NCBI GenBank assembly: GCA_964016885.1
Contig: OZ024743.1
Location: 95,728,001-95,792,000, forward strand
Length of the DNA: 64,000 nucleotides
Reading direction: 5' to 3'
Source: Eledone cirrhosa
Lineage: Eukaryota
The notes under the pieces are model-generated. The model made no database searches and had not been told where the DNA came from. It saw only the letters and a list, made by a program, of their open reading frames with translations. The position numbers and the translations under genes are program-made. Numbering within the stretch: position 1 is the stretch's first letter; every line of letters starts with the position of its first letter. Shown piece by piece: positions 15,164 through 27,965 of this stretch.

Positions 15164-15904
15164 CTAGCTGAATGACCAGCGTTGCCCGCGTTACTGCTGT
15201 TCTTATTCAGATTAGTAAACAATAAATATGATGGAGATTTTTGTTTCTCATGATTATTTCAAAATATCTAAATTTTATTTTTTTAAATATCAAAATTGTA
15301 ATGATAATAGCATTTAGAAATGAAAACCTGTCAATCTTGAAGCATCTCAGGGTAAACAATATTCACTGTGTAATTTTTTGTTGGTGTCCAAATGAATAAA
15401 TTATTGTTACTTTCAACTCGTGAGCAGCCAACATAGAGTTGGCTGTGGGAGAAACATGTAGTAGAGAGATCAAGTCCAGATCAAGTCCAACTACCAGGGA
15501 TTGACCCTGAGATTTGTTAATTGAAATAACAAAACTTCGTTTGACTGGTAACTGAAGCCTCTTAAATTCAACCTCACACACTCATATACTTGTCAGTCAT
15601 CACATATGAGCCTAACGTATGTAAAGAACGCGCAAACACACACACATACTCACAGACACATACACACTCATATACAAAATGTGACGTCTTCGTCGTCGTC
15701 GTGTTATAAATGTCATTTACTTATAGTCTATGGTAGAATATTTTAGTTAAAATGTTATTTTGTTTTAATCCAAATGAAAATAAAAATTACATGTCGTTAA
15801 CCCGGGGGTCTTGTACAACTTAATTTGATTTGGTCGAACCATTTGCGAATGCATAAGAAAAAGACAGACAGACAGAGAGACAAATAATTTTATATAGAGA
15901 GAGA
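15164..15904 (-). mobile_element. Internally deleted Helitron retaining the PIF1-helicase C-terminus
   Basis: On minus: A|TCTCTCTCTATATAAAA ... GGGCAACGCTGG..CTAG|T. Peptides RLQLPVKRSFVISINKSQGQSL and CFSHSQLYVGCSRV correspond to helicase motifs V/VI. Confidence 0.85.
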
Positions 15905-16670
15905 TTATGTAAAGCATACAAAATATAATACTATTGTAAATAGATGGAAATCATTTAGGGTTATTCACCTTCCATCTAGGTTGAAACCAGAACAACACAT
16001 GACACTGGTCTTCTGTCACTTTATAACATTACTATTCCTAAAAGAGCTCCTATGCGTCTCTCGTGTTGGACTAGGCAAGAAATATCCTACATCATGTAAG
16101 AAAAATTGTAGTGTAGTAGTTCATAGATGTCTTTTATGGTTTTTCACAAGCTACCATTTGGCTGTTTCTAAAACTCAGAGCACGCCTCGTCCTTAATCAA
16201 TACATTGGCACTACCCTCCACTTCTTTCACTTCATTTAGTTGTTCTATGAAATCTTCGCTAGTTTTGAAAAGAGTTGTGAACTATATTTCCACCTCCCCA
16301 CGTGGAAATGAACGCCTCCCCACATTTGTCTTCTCCTTCCTTGAGTTATATCAAATTTTTGGGTTCGTTTCTTTTTTCTTTCCTTTCTTGCTGTCACCAG
16401 CATCTACCACGCCAATTCCCTTTCCGTCTCCTTTTTATCCTCACAAGATTATGGCCTGGCACTGCTGGTTATGCCGCTGAGATGCAGTCCCATGGTTTTT
16501 ATTCCTGGAACCACTCCGAAGTACTCTAGGGGTACAAGACAGTGATGCACGGACCTTGGACGAGGGCAGAATTCACTCATCGCTCTGAGCGTATCTCGCA
16601 AAGGTGCGTCTGACAGTATTTCCATTCTGTCGAGTTTGTCTTCAACCAGCAGTGCCTGACTAGTGAGGCC

Positions 16671-16779
16671 AAGAAGAAGAAGAAGAAGAAGAAGAAGAAA
16701 AAGAAAAAGAAGAAGAAGAAGAAGAAGAAGAAGAAGAAGAAGAAGAAGAAGAAGAAGAAGAAGAAGAAGAAGAAGAAGA
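16671..16779. repeat. (AAG)n microsatellite
   Basis: Directly visible. Confidence 0.98.
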
Positions 16780-17244
16780 TAACGAACAAAATATTTTCCC
16801 AAACAGTTATGTTAACGTAACACCAACATCGATAAATTGACATTGCCAAAATATTTTAATATGTAGGAAAACCTTGGAAATGCTAAAGTCTAGTGAAGAG
16901 AGGTTGATGAGGTTTCACGTCTACTACAACACCTGAAGAAAAAACAAGTAGTCTAAGTATGAGAAGGTGGAGAAGGCGGAAGAAAGAAGATAAGAAAAAT
17001 AATGATGCTGAGAAAATTGATAAGGGGGAGTAGAAAGAGGAAATTACTGGCGCTGTGGTGATGGAAGAGATAGTACGGCACCGGAGACGAAATATATTTG
17101 GCAGTGTTCTTGTTGTTTTTTAATAACAATCAATGAATATTTAATGATTACAGCTAGAATAACTAATGGAGATAGTTTCAGAGTAGCAAAGGCCGTTATA
17201 TTAGTGATAGGAGAAAGAGACAGGTGTGAGAATATGACTCTAAG

Positions 17245-17405
17245 TCTGTCGACCCTAGGGCTACCTCCCTACTCACCACCATAGGCGCTGAGCTGGCCAG
17301 CCGCAGGTGTGAGCCCCGCGAGTTGGAATGACTTTTCCAGCGCATCTCCCTTGCCGTCCGTCGGGGAAACGCCTTCTCCATTCTGTCCGCCGGGGTTGTG
17401 TGGAG
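17245..17405 (+). mobile_element. CRE-clade non-LTR retrotransposon endonuclease C-terminal remnant
   Basis: Manual translation DPRATSLLTTIGAELASRRCEPRELE*LFQRISLAVRRGNAFSIL resembles the CRE signature FQRISxAxQRGNA. Confidence 0.7.
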
Positions 17406-18251
17406 AGAAGAATATGTTAGTTGAATTCGGTTACTTGTCATATTTCAATAGGCAGATAAGCGGGTGGCACCGCTTCCATAGAAAGTTCCCCTCCATACAT
17501 CCCATAGGCTTCTAATTAATTTATATCTATAATAAATCTGTTAACCAATCATTGCTGAGACTAGGAAATATAAAAATGTCAGTAACAGATAACTTCTACA
17601 GATTCTCTTCACTTTTATAAATAATTCCTATAAAACTTTGTATGAAATAAACCAAAGATTGTTTTATAGGCTGACGTTAAAATCTGTTATTGTGTGAATA
17701 TTTTTTAATTCTTCAAATTGCTTTATTTGAAAGGAGGTCTAGCAATATCGTGCTTCCCTACATTTGCGCTGTAATCCGGTTTTATTGCACTTTATATACG
17801 GAAATTAACTGACTAGGGTTGAATAATTTTCTAACTTTAGTGAGGAAAACTCCTTTTGGAGCAGTTTAGGCAATGTAGGAGAAATACCAATGGTGCAGTG
17901 TTTTCAATGTGGAACCATATTTCTAAAAGTATTCAAAATTTCTTTAGGAAATTCAGTCAATTTCTTCCCCGAAGTATCAAACCTTAAATCAATCCGAGTT
18001 GAAGCCATTCTTCTTCATAAAGTCGAATTGGAACAGTGAACCTCGACGATATATGATCCGTTCACGCAGACCGTAGCCTACCAGTTTTTATTACGATCGG
18101 GTATATAGTCTGCCAAAACCAAATTCTTCCAGTAGCCTTAAAGAACGTGAGAGTAGTGGGGAGTGGAGTGAAGCTTAAGTTTCGAATTTATGAATATATA
18201 TGTTTGTGTGTTTGTATGAGAGAGTGCATGTGTGTGTTAGTATGTGCATGT

Positions 18252-18345
<94 letters not shown>

Positions 18346-18367
18346 TATAGATCCATATATATATATA

Positions 18368-18424
<57 letters not shown>

Positions 18425-18429
<5 letters not shown>

Positions 18430-18620
18430 AAAAGGCATGACCCCGACGGCAGAGCTGAAGCCGTTTCGATGGCTATTTCTGGACTGAAAGAAATAGCCGT
18501 CGAAACGGCTTGAGCTCTGCCGTCGGGGTCATACCTTTTCCTATTATCCACTCTACTACCCTAAGTATTGAGTACTATGGTGCGTTATGGTCCATCTGGT
18601 TCCTTACCACAATTCCTTCG

Positions 18621-18622
<2 letters not shown>
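18425..18622 (+). mobile_element. Palindromic Penelope pseudo-LTR fragment in (TA)n
   Basis: ~55 bp inverted arms (18425-18544) carry GAAACGGCTTGAGCTCTGCCGTC. Same family as 33743-33943 and 35845-35897. Confidence 0.8.
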
Positions 18623-18665
<43 letters not shown>

Positions 18666-19709
18666 TATATATTTATATTTATATTTATGTAGCTTACTGC
18701 TGTTGGCCCGGGGTTGCTTATTCATCCGGCAATTGCCTGCTTATATCGCAACTATCCATCATATCTGGTCGCCCGTATCGCTATCCGCCACGTGCGACAC
18801 GTTCTCTAGTAGAATAGTTCTGCCGGCAAACTACTAGGGGTAAGCTCTGGGTCAGCGCATGGCTGATTGCATGGCGAAGTTAAATATCTCTAGGGTAGAC
18901 CAAAGAGCAATTCTCACTTACAATGTCATTAATCTGTCCATCAAGTCATACATGTATGTATAACTCATATACCACTTGTACATAACTCATTGTACTCAAT
19001 ATATAGGTTATATAGCTCTTTTATGTTAATAAAATAATCTTCTATTTATCTAATGATAGTACTCCATACATAGAACAACATTTGCACAAATAATTCAGTG
19101 CTTAACGTTAACATAATTATATAGTGGTATAATGTAGTCCAAGCTGTAATAATCTAACCTAATACATCAAACATCCAATACTGAATCATCGTTAATTATG
19201 TGAAGGACATATATTCTATATATTACGTTTCCTGGATTGTGAAATGGTGGTGTATACAAAAACCATAACATTATTTTGCTTCTCATTTTTAATATTTCTC
19301 TGCACACAAGCTTCTTTATCATACATAAAAAATACTTTACCAATACAACCCCCATAATACTCTTGATTACCCGCTTAAAGTGCTTCTATTGTATATAACA
19401 CCTTGCCGCACAATAATCGTATATAAATAAGACACATGTGCATGCCCCACGTGTAACTATTGCATACACTAACTACTTCAAACTATCCTCTTGCATTATC
19501 TTCGTAAACTGCCGATGTTGTATTTTAACTTTAATTTTGTTTTAATTTGTTTTAATTTCTTTTAATATGATTTTAATTTTTGAATTTAAATTGCCATGCA
19601 TAAATATTATAATGGATGTCACCCCACTGTGCATCGATATATACATATGTTTCTGTATGTCTCTTGTGTTGGAAAGGAGGTCATGTATGTAAACAATCAT
19701 TGAAAAATT

Positions 19710-19754
19710 GCTCCGAAGACCTCAAACCTCGGTTTGGACGAAACAATTGTAAGC
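19710..19754 (+). ncRNA. Minimal hammerhead ribozyme variant (C4 core)
   Basis: GCT CCGAAGA c-ctCAAAC ctcg GTTTGga-c GAAA CAATTG TA AGC. Palindromic ACAATTGT; AATAAA follows. Confidence 0.6.
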
Positions 19755-20071
19755 TAATAAATGGTTTGAACAGAACTTTGATTCATGTGATTTCTATATA
19801 ACTGCTCTGTAGAACAACTGATGTTATTACATTGAGCTATTTATCTTACTGGTAATAAGGTAGTAATAAATTACTGCCTTTCACTGTTTAGGGTTTAAAA
19901 TATATATAACTATAAAAAGTTTTAGTATATACATAGCCATAAATAGTATCCTTAATACTATATATAAATATATATATATATAATATATATATATATAATA
20001 TATATAATATATACATATAATGTGTATATATATATATACATATATATATACATATATATATATATATACTG

Positions 20072-20194
<123 letters not shown>

Positions 20195-20436
20195 ATATAC
20201 AGATGTATATATATATATGTATGTATATATATATATTTTTTTCATTTTGTAAAAAAACCTCACTTTCTAATATATATATATATATATATTTTTAGTATAT
20301 GTTGGTTGTATACCAACACCTAAGTATGCAGATTGGAGCACTCGACGAAGTGCGCAGGTTGGTTTGGTTACTCCGGAGTAATGTAAAATAAAATAAAATA
20401 AATAAGTCAAATGTTTAAAATTTGGCTTCGTTTATT

Positions 20437-20491
20437 ACTGCTATATATATTTCAGTGACAGCCATCTTTGGCTGTGACCTCTTCAGGCAGT
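20437..20491 (-). ncRNA. Type I hammerhead ribozyme, canonical core
   Basis: Minus strand: ACTGC CTGAAGA GGTCACAGCCA aaga TGGCTGTCACT GAAA TATATA TA GCAGT, then AATAAA. Confidence 0.88.
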
Positions 20492-21254
20492 CCGAATTAG
20501 TGTGGAAGAGACGAGTACACATGTTGTTGAAATGTTTAACTTTGTTAATACTCTGATATGCCCAGTTCCTGGTTGGGTTGTTATTTCACTGAGGATCTGG
20601 AATCATATGAATTTAAACAAACGAATTTCAGCGAATTTCAGCGTCAAAGAACATCTCCTCTCATTGGTCAGTTGTGAGAATATTCCTCAGTCAAAAGTCT
20701 ATAGAAATTCGTTCTGAGGCAAGGCAATCTGTAGTGGTTGTTCTTGTTATTGTTAAGTACATCTGACCTCTACTCTTATGTTGGTAGGGGTGTTGGTGTT
20801 GGAGTCAGCTCAAAAAAATGATAAAGTGGTAGAAGGAATAAGATGGTAAAGGAACAAAATAAAATAAAATAAAATAAAATAATCAAATAAAATGTGTGTT
20901 ATACCCATCTTAATGTTAGAAAGATTTGTAAGGTCACTCCTCCCATTGGTCAGTTTTGAGAGCATTCCTCAGTCAAAAGTCTATAGAAATTCTTTCTGGG
21001 GTGACGCTCCCTGTAGTGTTTGTATTTGCTATTGTTAAGTACATCGGACCTCTACCCTTATTTTGGTAGTGGTGTAGGTGTTGTGGTCAGCCTATGTCTT
21101 GCTGCTGCTGACATTTCGAAGTACCTGTGTGTGTTTCTTCATCCATCCTGCCCCCATCTCTTGTGCTGGTAGTGGTGGTGGTGGTGGTGGGTGGGGGGTC
21201 TGCCATGTATATGAAGAAATAGAAGGCGATAAAATGAAGAAAACAGAAAATAAA

Positions 21255-21435
21255 TAATTGTTTCTACTTTAGGCACAAGGCCAGCAATTACTCAGTACAT
21301 TACTGGTACTTTATTTTATCGACCCCATAACGATGAAAGGCAAAGTTAACCTCGGCGGGATTTGAACTCAGACTGTAAAGGGACGTAACTATGCTAGAAA
21401 GCATGGTGTCCAACCCTCTACCGATACTGCCAAAA
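21255..21435 (-). mobile_element. tRNA-derived SINE
   Basis: Reverse complement of the 24463-24648 family. Confidence 0.85.
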
Positions 21436-21759
21436 TTAATAGAAAATAAATGAAAAGTTAATGAAAAATGAAAAATGAAAAGTGAAAAATAAAAATAAAA
21501 AAAATATAAAAATAAAAATGATGATTCAAATAAAATAAAATGTGTGTGTGCTCTAACCAATCTCAAGGTCAGAAAGATGTTGGATAAAGTGGTAGGAGGA
21601 ACAAGATGGTAAAAGAATAAAACGAAATAGGATAATCCAATAAAATGTGTGTGTGTGTGTGTTGTAACCAATCTCAACTTAAATAGGAGGCAATAAAGTG
21701 AAGGAAACAGAAAACATATAGACACCTTTCGGCCAGACATCCCTCAAACTATATGGGCA

Positions 21760-23781
21760 GTGACAAGCATACGCGAAAACTTTCGCCGTAGGTATACAAA
21801 TACACGTACGTACACAAAAAAATAAAAAAAATCCGCACGCACATACAAAACCCACGCAACGCCTGTACCCGCACGCATACTAATGTATATACCAAATACA
21901 CATAAAAGTATATATAAAAAATATAGATATATAGATGTGTGTGTGTGTGTGTACGTGTATACATATAATTAAATAAACGTATATAAATAAATACGTATAT
22001 AACAAGCGCACACACACATACCTACATGTAAATACACATATGTTCGGAGACAAACGTCAACCAAAACACGAAGTACACATATACACACACCCTACATACG
22101 TACGAACCCGCATTCTCACACAGACGCAAAACTCACGTATACACATAACCTAAAGCATATGTACCAGAATATATAATATATACGCCAAAACTCATACAAT
22201 CAAATATACGTACGAGGAAGTATACGTACTTTCACAAAACATACAGGTAATATATACTTACCTATACAAATAAGTAATGGTATAAACATAACTTATACTT
22301 AGCTACCACATCAAGACGTAACATATCCGCGTATAGTTCGTACTAACCGTTAGAGTATAAGGTGGGGCTGTAATACAGGAAAGTTTTGTGCAATTTATGT
22401 TTACAAGCCGAAATTGCCTCAGATTTTTTGTTTAAGATGTGGTCTTTGGCGTAGAGTATTTCCAGGGCCTCAGCGGCGCAGAGGTCACATGGTCTTTTAT
22501 TTCCGTTATACGATCTAGCCCTAGCTAGGATCTACCAGTGTAACTTATATTGGGTGTGGTTGTCTTTTAAACTCCAGATATAAGCTGAAAGTGACGTCAT
22601 ATTCCTTCTTAAAGGGTAACGAAAAGAATGGGTTGCATGTAAAGACGCTGCTTGAATCTATTGGTGGTTAACCCTATGTAGGCCCTACGGGACGTGGGTG
22701 TTTCAACCTTACATTTGTAGACAATGTTACTAGAGAGGCATTTCCCGGATAGGGGGCAGTCAACCCGATTCCTACAATTACAGTTAGTACTAACTACAGG
22801 GTTGCACGTGTTCCTACGGCTAGGTAGTTTAGCTAAATTTGAAGCTGTGATGTTATGTGCAAGGTTAGGAGTCGTAGAGTAAGACATTTTAATAGTATTT
22901 CTATTAAGAATTTTACTATATTTATGTGTAGGGGAAAATGCTTCACAATAAGGGAGAGAAAGATCTTAGCTAATGGTGTGGCCACCTCCATATTATATGG
23001 TGGGTTATACCATATAATGCGTCGGGATCTATTTCTTCTAAGTCTATTTTCGTACTCTGTATATGCTAGCTTATCGACAAATCCACTCCGAGCAAAAGCT
23101 TCATTGTAATATGTGGAATGGTCGTTAAAAATATGCTCGTTAGTAGAGAGACGGGAAAGCCTCAAAGAAACGTTTCTTGCCAGGTTCTTTGTTATGCTGT
23201 CAGGATGGTTAGAATGCTTACTTATGTAATTAAGCGTATCATTCGGCTTTCTATACGGGTAATGCAAGCCATTCGATAAATTGAGGGTAACGTCGAGGTA
23301 ATTAACGACCGAGAGGTTGGCCTTAACCTGTATGGAGAGGTTGAAGCCTTTAAAGAAGGCTGTTAGTTCTTTTCTGAACCTGTCACAAGCACGTGGGCCG
23401 CACTTAGTCATGGTTAAAAGACCATCATCACGGTACAAACCACCACCCACGTTGGGGAATTCTTCCTTGATAGAGAAAAGAAGGAAAAGGCCGATAAGAT
23501 CAGTAACCTCCGTAGAATCACTGGCGCCCATACTCACGTCGAATGGGGTACTATTAGATTTTTTAATCCAAACAGAGTCGTCGAAATTAATCACCGACTT
23601 ACGGGCATTGAGGATGACATCAACTTCGAAATCCTTAACCACTGTGAGTGTTTTAGCGAAATTGATAGCTCTAAGGAGAAGTGGTAAAGTGATGGAGGAG
23701 TAGTAATTATTGATGTCGAATTGGATAAAACGGCAATGTTCCTTGTTGCGTATGCCGTTGAACCAATCAATCACCGCGAAA
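21760..23781 (-). mobile_element. Second, frameshifted copy of the 4.1-6.9 kb Penelope family
   Basis: ORFs 22833-23774 (LYRDDGL) and 22609-22887 are nearly identical in peptide to 4351-5820. The 3' UTR is homologous down to ~21760. Confidence 0.93.
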
Positions 23782-24462
23782 ATATATATATGGAGCCTCT
23801 ACGATGCGAAGATCAGGAAACGATATGACCATAAATTAGAGGAGATGCAAAGTTAATATTTTGAAAAGGTAATATCTGCATCTGTGATTATAAATTATGT
23901 TGCTGTGTGTAAGTCAATCCATTCGTACATGACAATATCAAAGTCTGGAAATCCATAGAAATCACAACTTAAAACATCTGAGACGAACACTAAACCTAGT
24001 CCATATGTAATCCGATACACACCTAGCACGTATGTTGCATCTGCTTTGTACACTGAGCAATGCTGGAATGGCTGAGACGTTGACTTTGCAATCATCAGGT
24101 CCCCGGTTCGTTAACTCAGCCTGGCATCTTGCGCATGTGTCATGGGTGGATCCATGGCTTGTGAGTAAATTGGGTAGACAAACATTATTTGGAAGCGGGT
24201 CGGATGTACTTTACCTGTAATTCAAAGGACCAGCCTCATCAAACAATGTGTCATGCTGAATCTCCCTGAGAATTACGTTGGGTGTATACCTGTCAGTGGA
24301 ATGCTCAATCACTTAAACACAAAGTTTATGAGCAGGCTGTTACGTTGATTGAACAACTAGAACACTCATTGTCGAAACCGACGTAGTCCATTCCATTCTG
24401 TGAAAGGAGAAAGTTCTTTCTTAATATTATTTCTTAAATAAGGGCAATGGATTGGAAGGGCT

Positions 24463-24648
24463 GTGGATTGGCAGTATCGGTAGAAGGTATCGCCATGCTT
24501 TGACGCATAGAGTTACGGCCCTTGCCATTCTGAGTTCAAATCCTGCCGAAGTTAACTTTGCCTTTCATCCTTACGAGGTCGATAAAATAAAGTACCAGTA
24601 ATATACTGGGGTAATTGCTGGCCTTGTGCTAAAAGTAGAAACAATTAT
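24463..24648 (+). mobile_element. tRNA-derived SINE, full length
   Basis: TGGCAGTATCGG A box and GTTCAAATCC B box. Further copies at ~14180-14310(-), 27975-28095, 30620-30835, 32715-32860, 33335-33480, 38085-38268(-) and 40000-40103. Confidence 0.85.
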
Positions 24649-26134
24649 TTCTTAAATAAGGAGTAAGACAAGAGAATATCTGGTATTGGTTAAAAATGTA
24701 ACTAATATTGGCGATTATTGGGGGTTTGAAAATATCTGAATTAAAATTGTATTAAATAATCTTTTAAAAAATCATGATTTCCAGAATGATTCGTTGTTTA
24801 TTCTTGATTCTTTTTTTTTATTCTTTTTTTTTATTTATTTTTAATTTATTTTAGTTTTTTTTATTTCAAAATCATTTTTTTTTTCTATCATTGATCAGTT
24901 TGAAATATGATTCGTTCCAAATATAATTTGTTGCTAATGTAATTTGTTGCCCAAATCCATTTTCTCTTCAGTTCTTACGTGACTTTTAGAATTATTTTAA
25001 TTTAAAATATTGAGGAAAAAGAAGCAAAATTGTAAACCTCGTTACTTTATCATTGAAATCTTTGGGTGTTTGAAATATTTTCTGCATGCTAAATTCTATT
25101 TTTGTTTTTTTATGTATATATTATTATTTTTTGCATCTTTTTTTATCTTAAGCAATACTCCGAAATAGTTTTTCTACACACTGTTGTTTCATTGCTATCA
25201 TGTGTTTACAATCCACCCTCTCATATGAATGAAAAAAAGTAACAAAACAGTTCAAACCATTTTTTATGTCGTATATATCTTACTATTTCTCAATATCTTG
25301 CATATGATTAACGTATGTATCATTGGATAAGGAATGTCACGTGTCAACATAATGTCATAATATAAGAGCAGTAAACCAAATTATAAACCATTGAAACCAA
25401 TCATGATCACAGCAGAAATTTGTATCATATAATTTCTTATCTTTATGGCATTGCAGAGAAAAACAAGAACTGCTGCCATTTATATTTTGAAAACAACAGA
25501 GGAGAAAGGTTTCCATTTCATTTGAATATGACTACAAATTAACGAACAAAGAAACCTATTTGCATCTGATTTTACTGCATCTCTTATGGTTCCTATTTAC
25601 AGCTTACTAGACTGTACCTGTAGAGAGTACATCCAACGGTATTGCATCTTGAGCAAGTGTTATTTACCATGGACTCGAATTAATTTGAGACATGTATTCC
25701 AACTGTTTGAAAGCCCGTCGGAAGGATTGCACCTTCAATTCAAAGGGTCGACCTCGTAATGCTGAATATCCCGGAGAATTAGATTAAAGGTACACATTTC
25801 TATTGAACACTCAACCATATTAAGGCATGATCAAGCTATTTAGTTGATCGAACAATTAGATACCTATCTTTGAAACTGACGGAGATCCAATCCATTCTAT
25901 GTTTTACCTTCACATAGTATCAATTTCCACTTATATATATATATTATAGTATTAAAAAGATCAGAGGTCATAAGTAGTTGATTTAAGTTTATTTAAATCT
26001 CCGTGATATATATTTCACTGAGAACTACCAATTTTGATAACCTGACCACTTCAGACGGAATAAAAAAAAACGTTTAAAAAACTTGAAAATATGAAAACAC
26101 CCTCGAACAAGTTTTTCTTTTTGTGATGTAGGAG

Positions 26135-27178
26135 ACGGCTGAATGCATTTTACATCCCCCAAAACTAAGGCCATCACTTTCCCTGAAGATAAAACGACCT
26201 TGGCTTTCTTTAGAGCAGGTGAGGAGGGGTGCATCCACTGCATGTATTATTTCTTGGTCTCTGGCTCAAAGTGATGAACCCGACAATCATCCTGAGTTAG
26301 GAACCCTTCAAGGAAACCAGCTGTATCTGCTTCAAATAATATCAGATATTCCTGTGATGTGATGAGCCTGGTGCGCTTTTCTTCAGGTGTCAAAAGACGT
26401 GGCACCCACCGAGGAGAAACCTTCGTCCTGTCAAGTTCATTGTACAGAATATTCTAAACTCTCTCACAGGATATGCTGATGGCATTGGCTATTTTATTTA
26501 TAGTCACTCGTTTGACATCCATCACCATGTGATGAACAGGATCAATCTTTTTCTCGGTGGTGGCAGTTGCAAGACGTCCACAACTTGAGTTATTTTCAAG
26601 AATCTCCCTTCCTCCTCCTAAATTCAGCTGCCCACTTTTGCCCTAGATGATAAAGCTGGAGCGTCATCTCCTAATGTGTGTGTGTGACAGATCACACCTA
26701 TGCATGTTTAGCTGGCCTCCTCCAAGGTATATTTCGTTGGAAGTGTCTTGGGTGATTTTAAAGATAGGGACCCCAGTCCTATCATCTCATGTCTACAGCT
26801 GAGTAAACTGGAGCAACGTGAAATAAAGTGTCTTGCTCAAGGAAACAACACATCACCCGGTCCGAGAATTGAACTCACAACATTTCGATTACAAGCCCAA
26901 TGCTCTAACCACTAAGCCATGCGCCTTCACGCCTAATGTAGCAACCATGTTAGCATGAATGTCCTTGGCAGCTAAACCCCTTTTCTGCAGGTACTTGATA
27001 ACTATACGATGCCATATGTTATCCATTTTTAAGAGAATACTTAATTTGAAGTCTTCTTTTGAATAGCCAGATGTAAGTTTACCTGGAGAGAAACAATGCA
27101 GTTATTAATATGAAGAGTTGAAATGAATGCATGCAAGATTTCACATCTCTAGCATCACGCCTTCATAGTCAGCCCACC
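26135..27178 (-). mobile_element. Degraded mariner transposase, N-terminal two-thirds
   Basis: Minus-strand RWVPRLLTPEEK, TQDDCRVHHFEPETK and MQWMHPSSPALKKAKVVLSSGKVMA match mariner WVPxxL and TxDETW motifs. Confidence 0.85.
26678..26931 (-). mobile_element. Second tRNA-derived SINE family, inserted into the mariner
   Basis: Head GGCGCATGGCTTAGTGGTTAGAGC..GAGTTCAATTC. 8-bp TSD CCTAATGT at 26670-26677 and 26932-26939. Relatives at ~32580-32705 and ~38900-39160. Confidence 0.85.
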
Positions 27179-27540
27179 ATGTGTGTTTGCGTGTACGTGT
27201 ATTTTTATGTGTATGTGTGTATGTGTATGTCGGGCTATCTATTTGTTTGGAAATCTATTTATCTTTTTTTTTCTTCTTTCTATTTCCAATTTTTTCTAAC
27301 ACACTCTCCTTTCTACTTCTCTCATATTTCCCTTTATTTATAAAGATGTATGAGATCAATTTATATAATCAATACTTTTAATCTCTTCGAAGCACACTAG
27401 CTACTTCGAAGCAACAAGGGCGTCTCTATATGATCGTTAAACTCGCTAAAAAGAAGCCAGCTAAACACCCCTCAAAATATTCAATAACGTTAAACCAGCA
27501 TATACTGTGTTCGTCCATATTATATCTATATATGTGTGTG

Positions 27541-27633
<93 letters not shown>

Positions 27634-27664
27634 ATTCTAAGTCTCACCTTTTTCCATTATTGAC

Positions 27665-27965
27665 TCAGACGTTTTTATCAGTTGAAAAATAAAACTAATC
27701 GGTATCATTGGCGATTACTGTCTGCCATGGTTTAGGAAGGTACGTGATTCCATCCCGGTAGAATTCGTCTGGCTCCAATCTAAAGAGATTCGTCAGCCAC
27801 TGATTTAATTGGTCTTCATTAGCGAAAGTCTTGAACTGTATTGTATTGCTTGTTGAGAGAAAAGGGGGATAATCTGTAGGTCGGGCGAAAACAGTGGCTG
27901 AGACAGAACCTGCCAACCTAGCCCCAGTAGCTTCTCTCGGATCAACCTTGATGTATAAGGCCGAA
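27665..27965 (-). mobile_element. Degraded mariner transposase C-terminus
   Basis: LGWQVLSQPLFSPDL / PTDYPPF..FYRDGITYLPKPWQTVI corresponds to the YSPDLAPxDY region. Confidence 0.8.

Noticed and set aside
17870-18140. Protein-like minus-strand frame (YWKNLVLADYIPDR..KLTEFPKEIL)
   Set aside because: It has multiple stops and no recognisable family motif; probably an old TE relic.
26860-26930. tRNA-like sequences with A/B boxes
   Set aside because: These are heads of multi-copy SINEs, with no complete cloverleaf.
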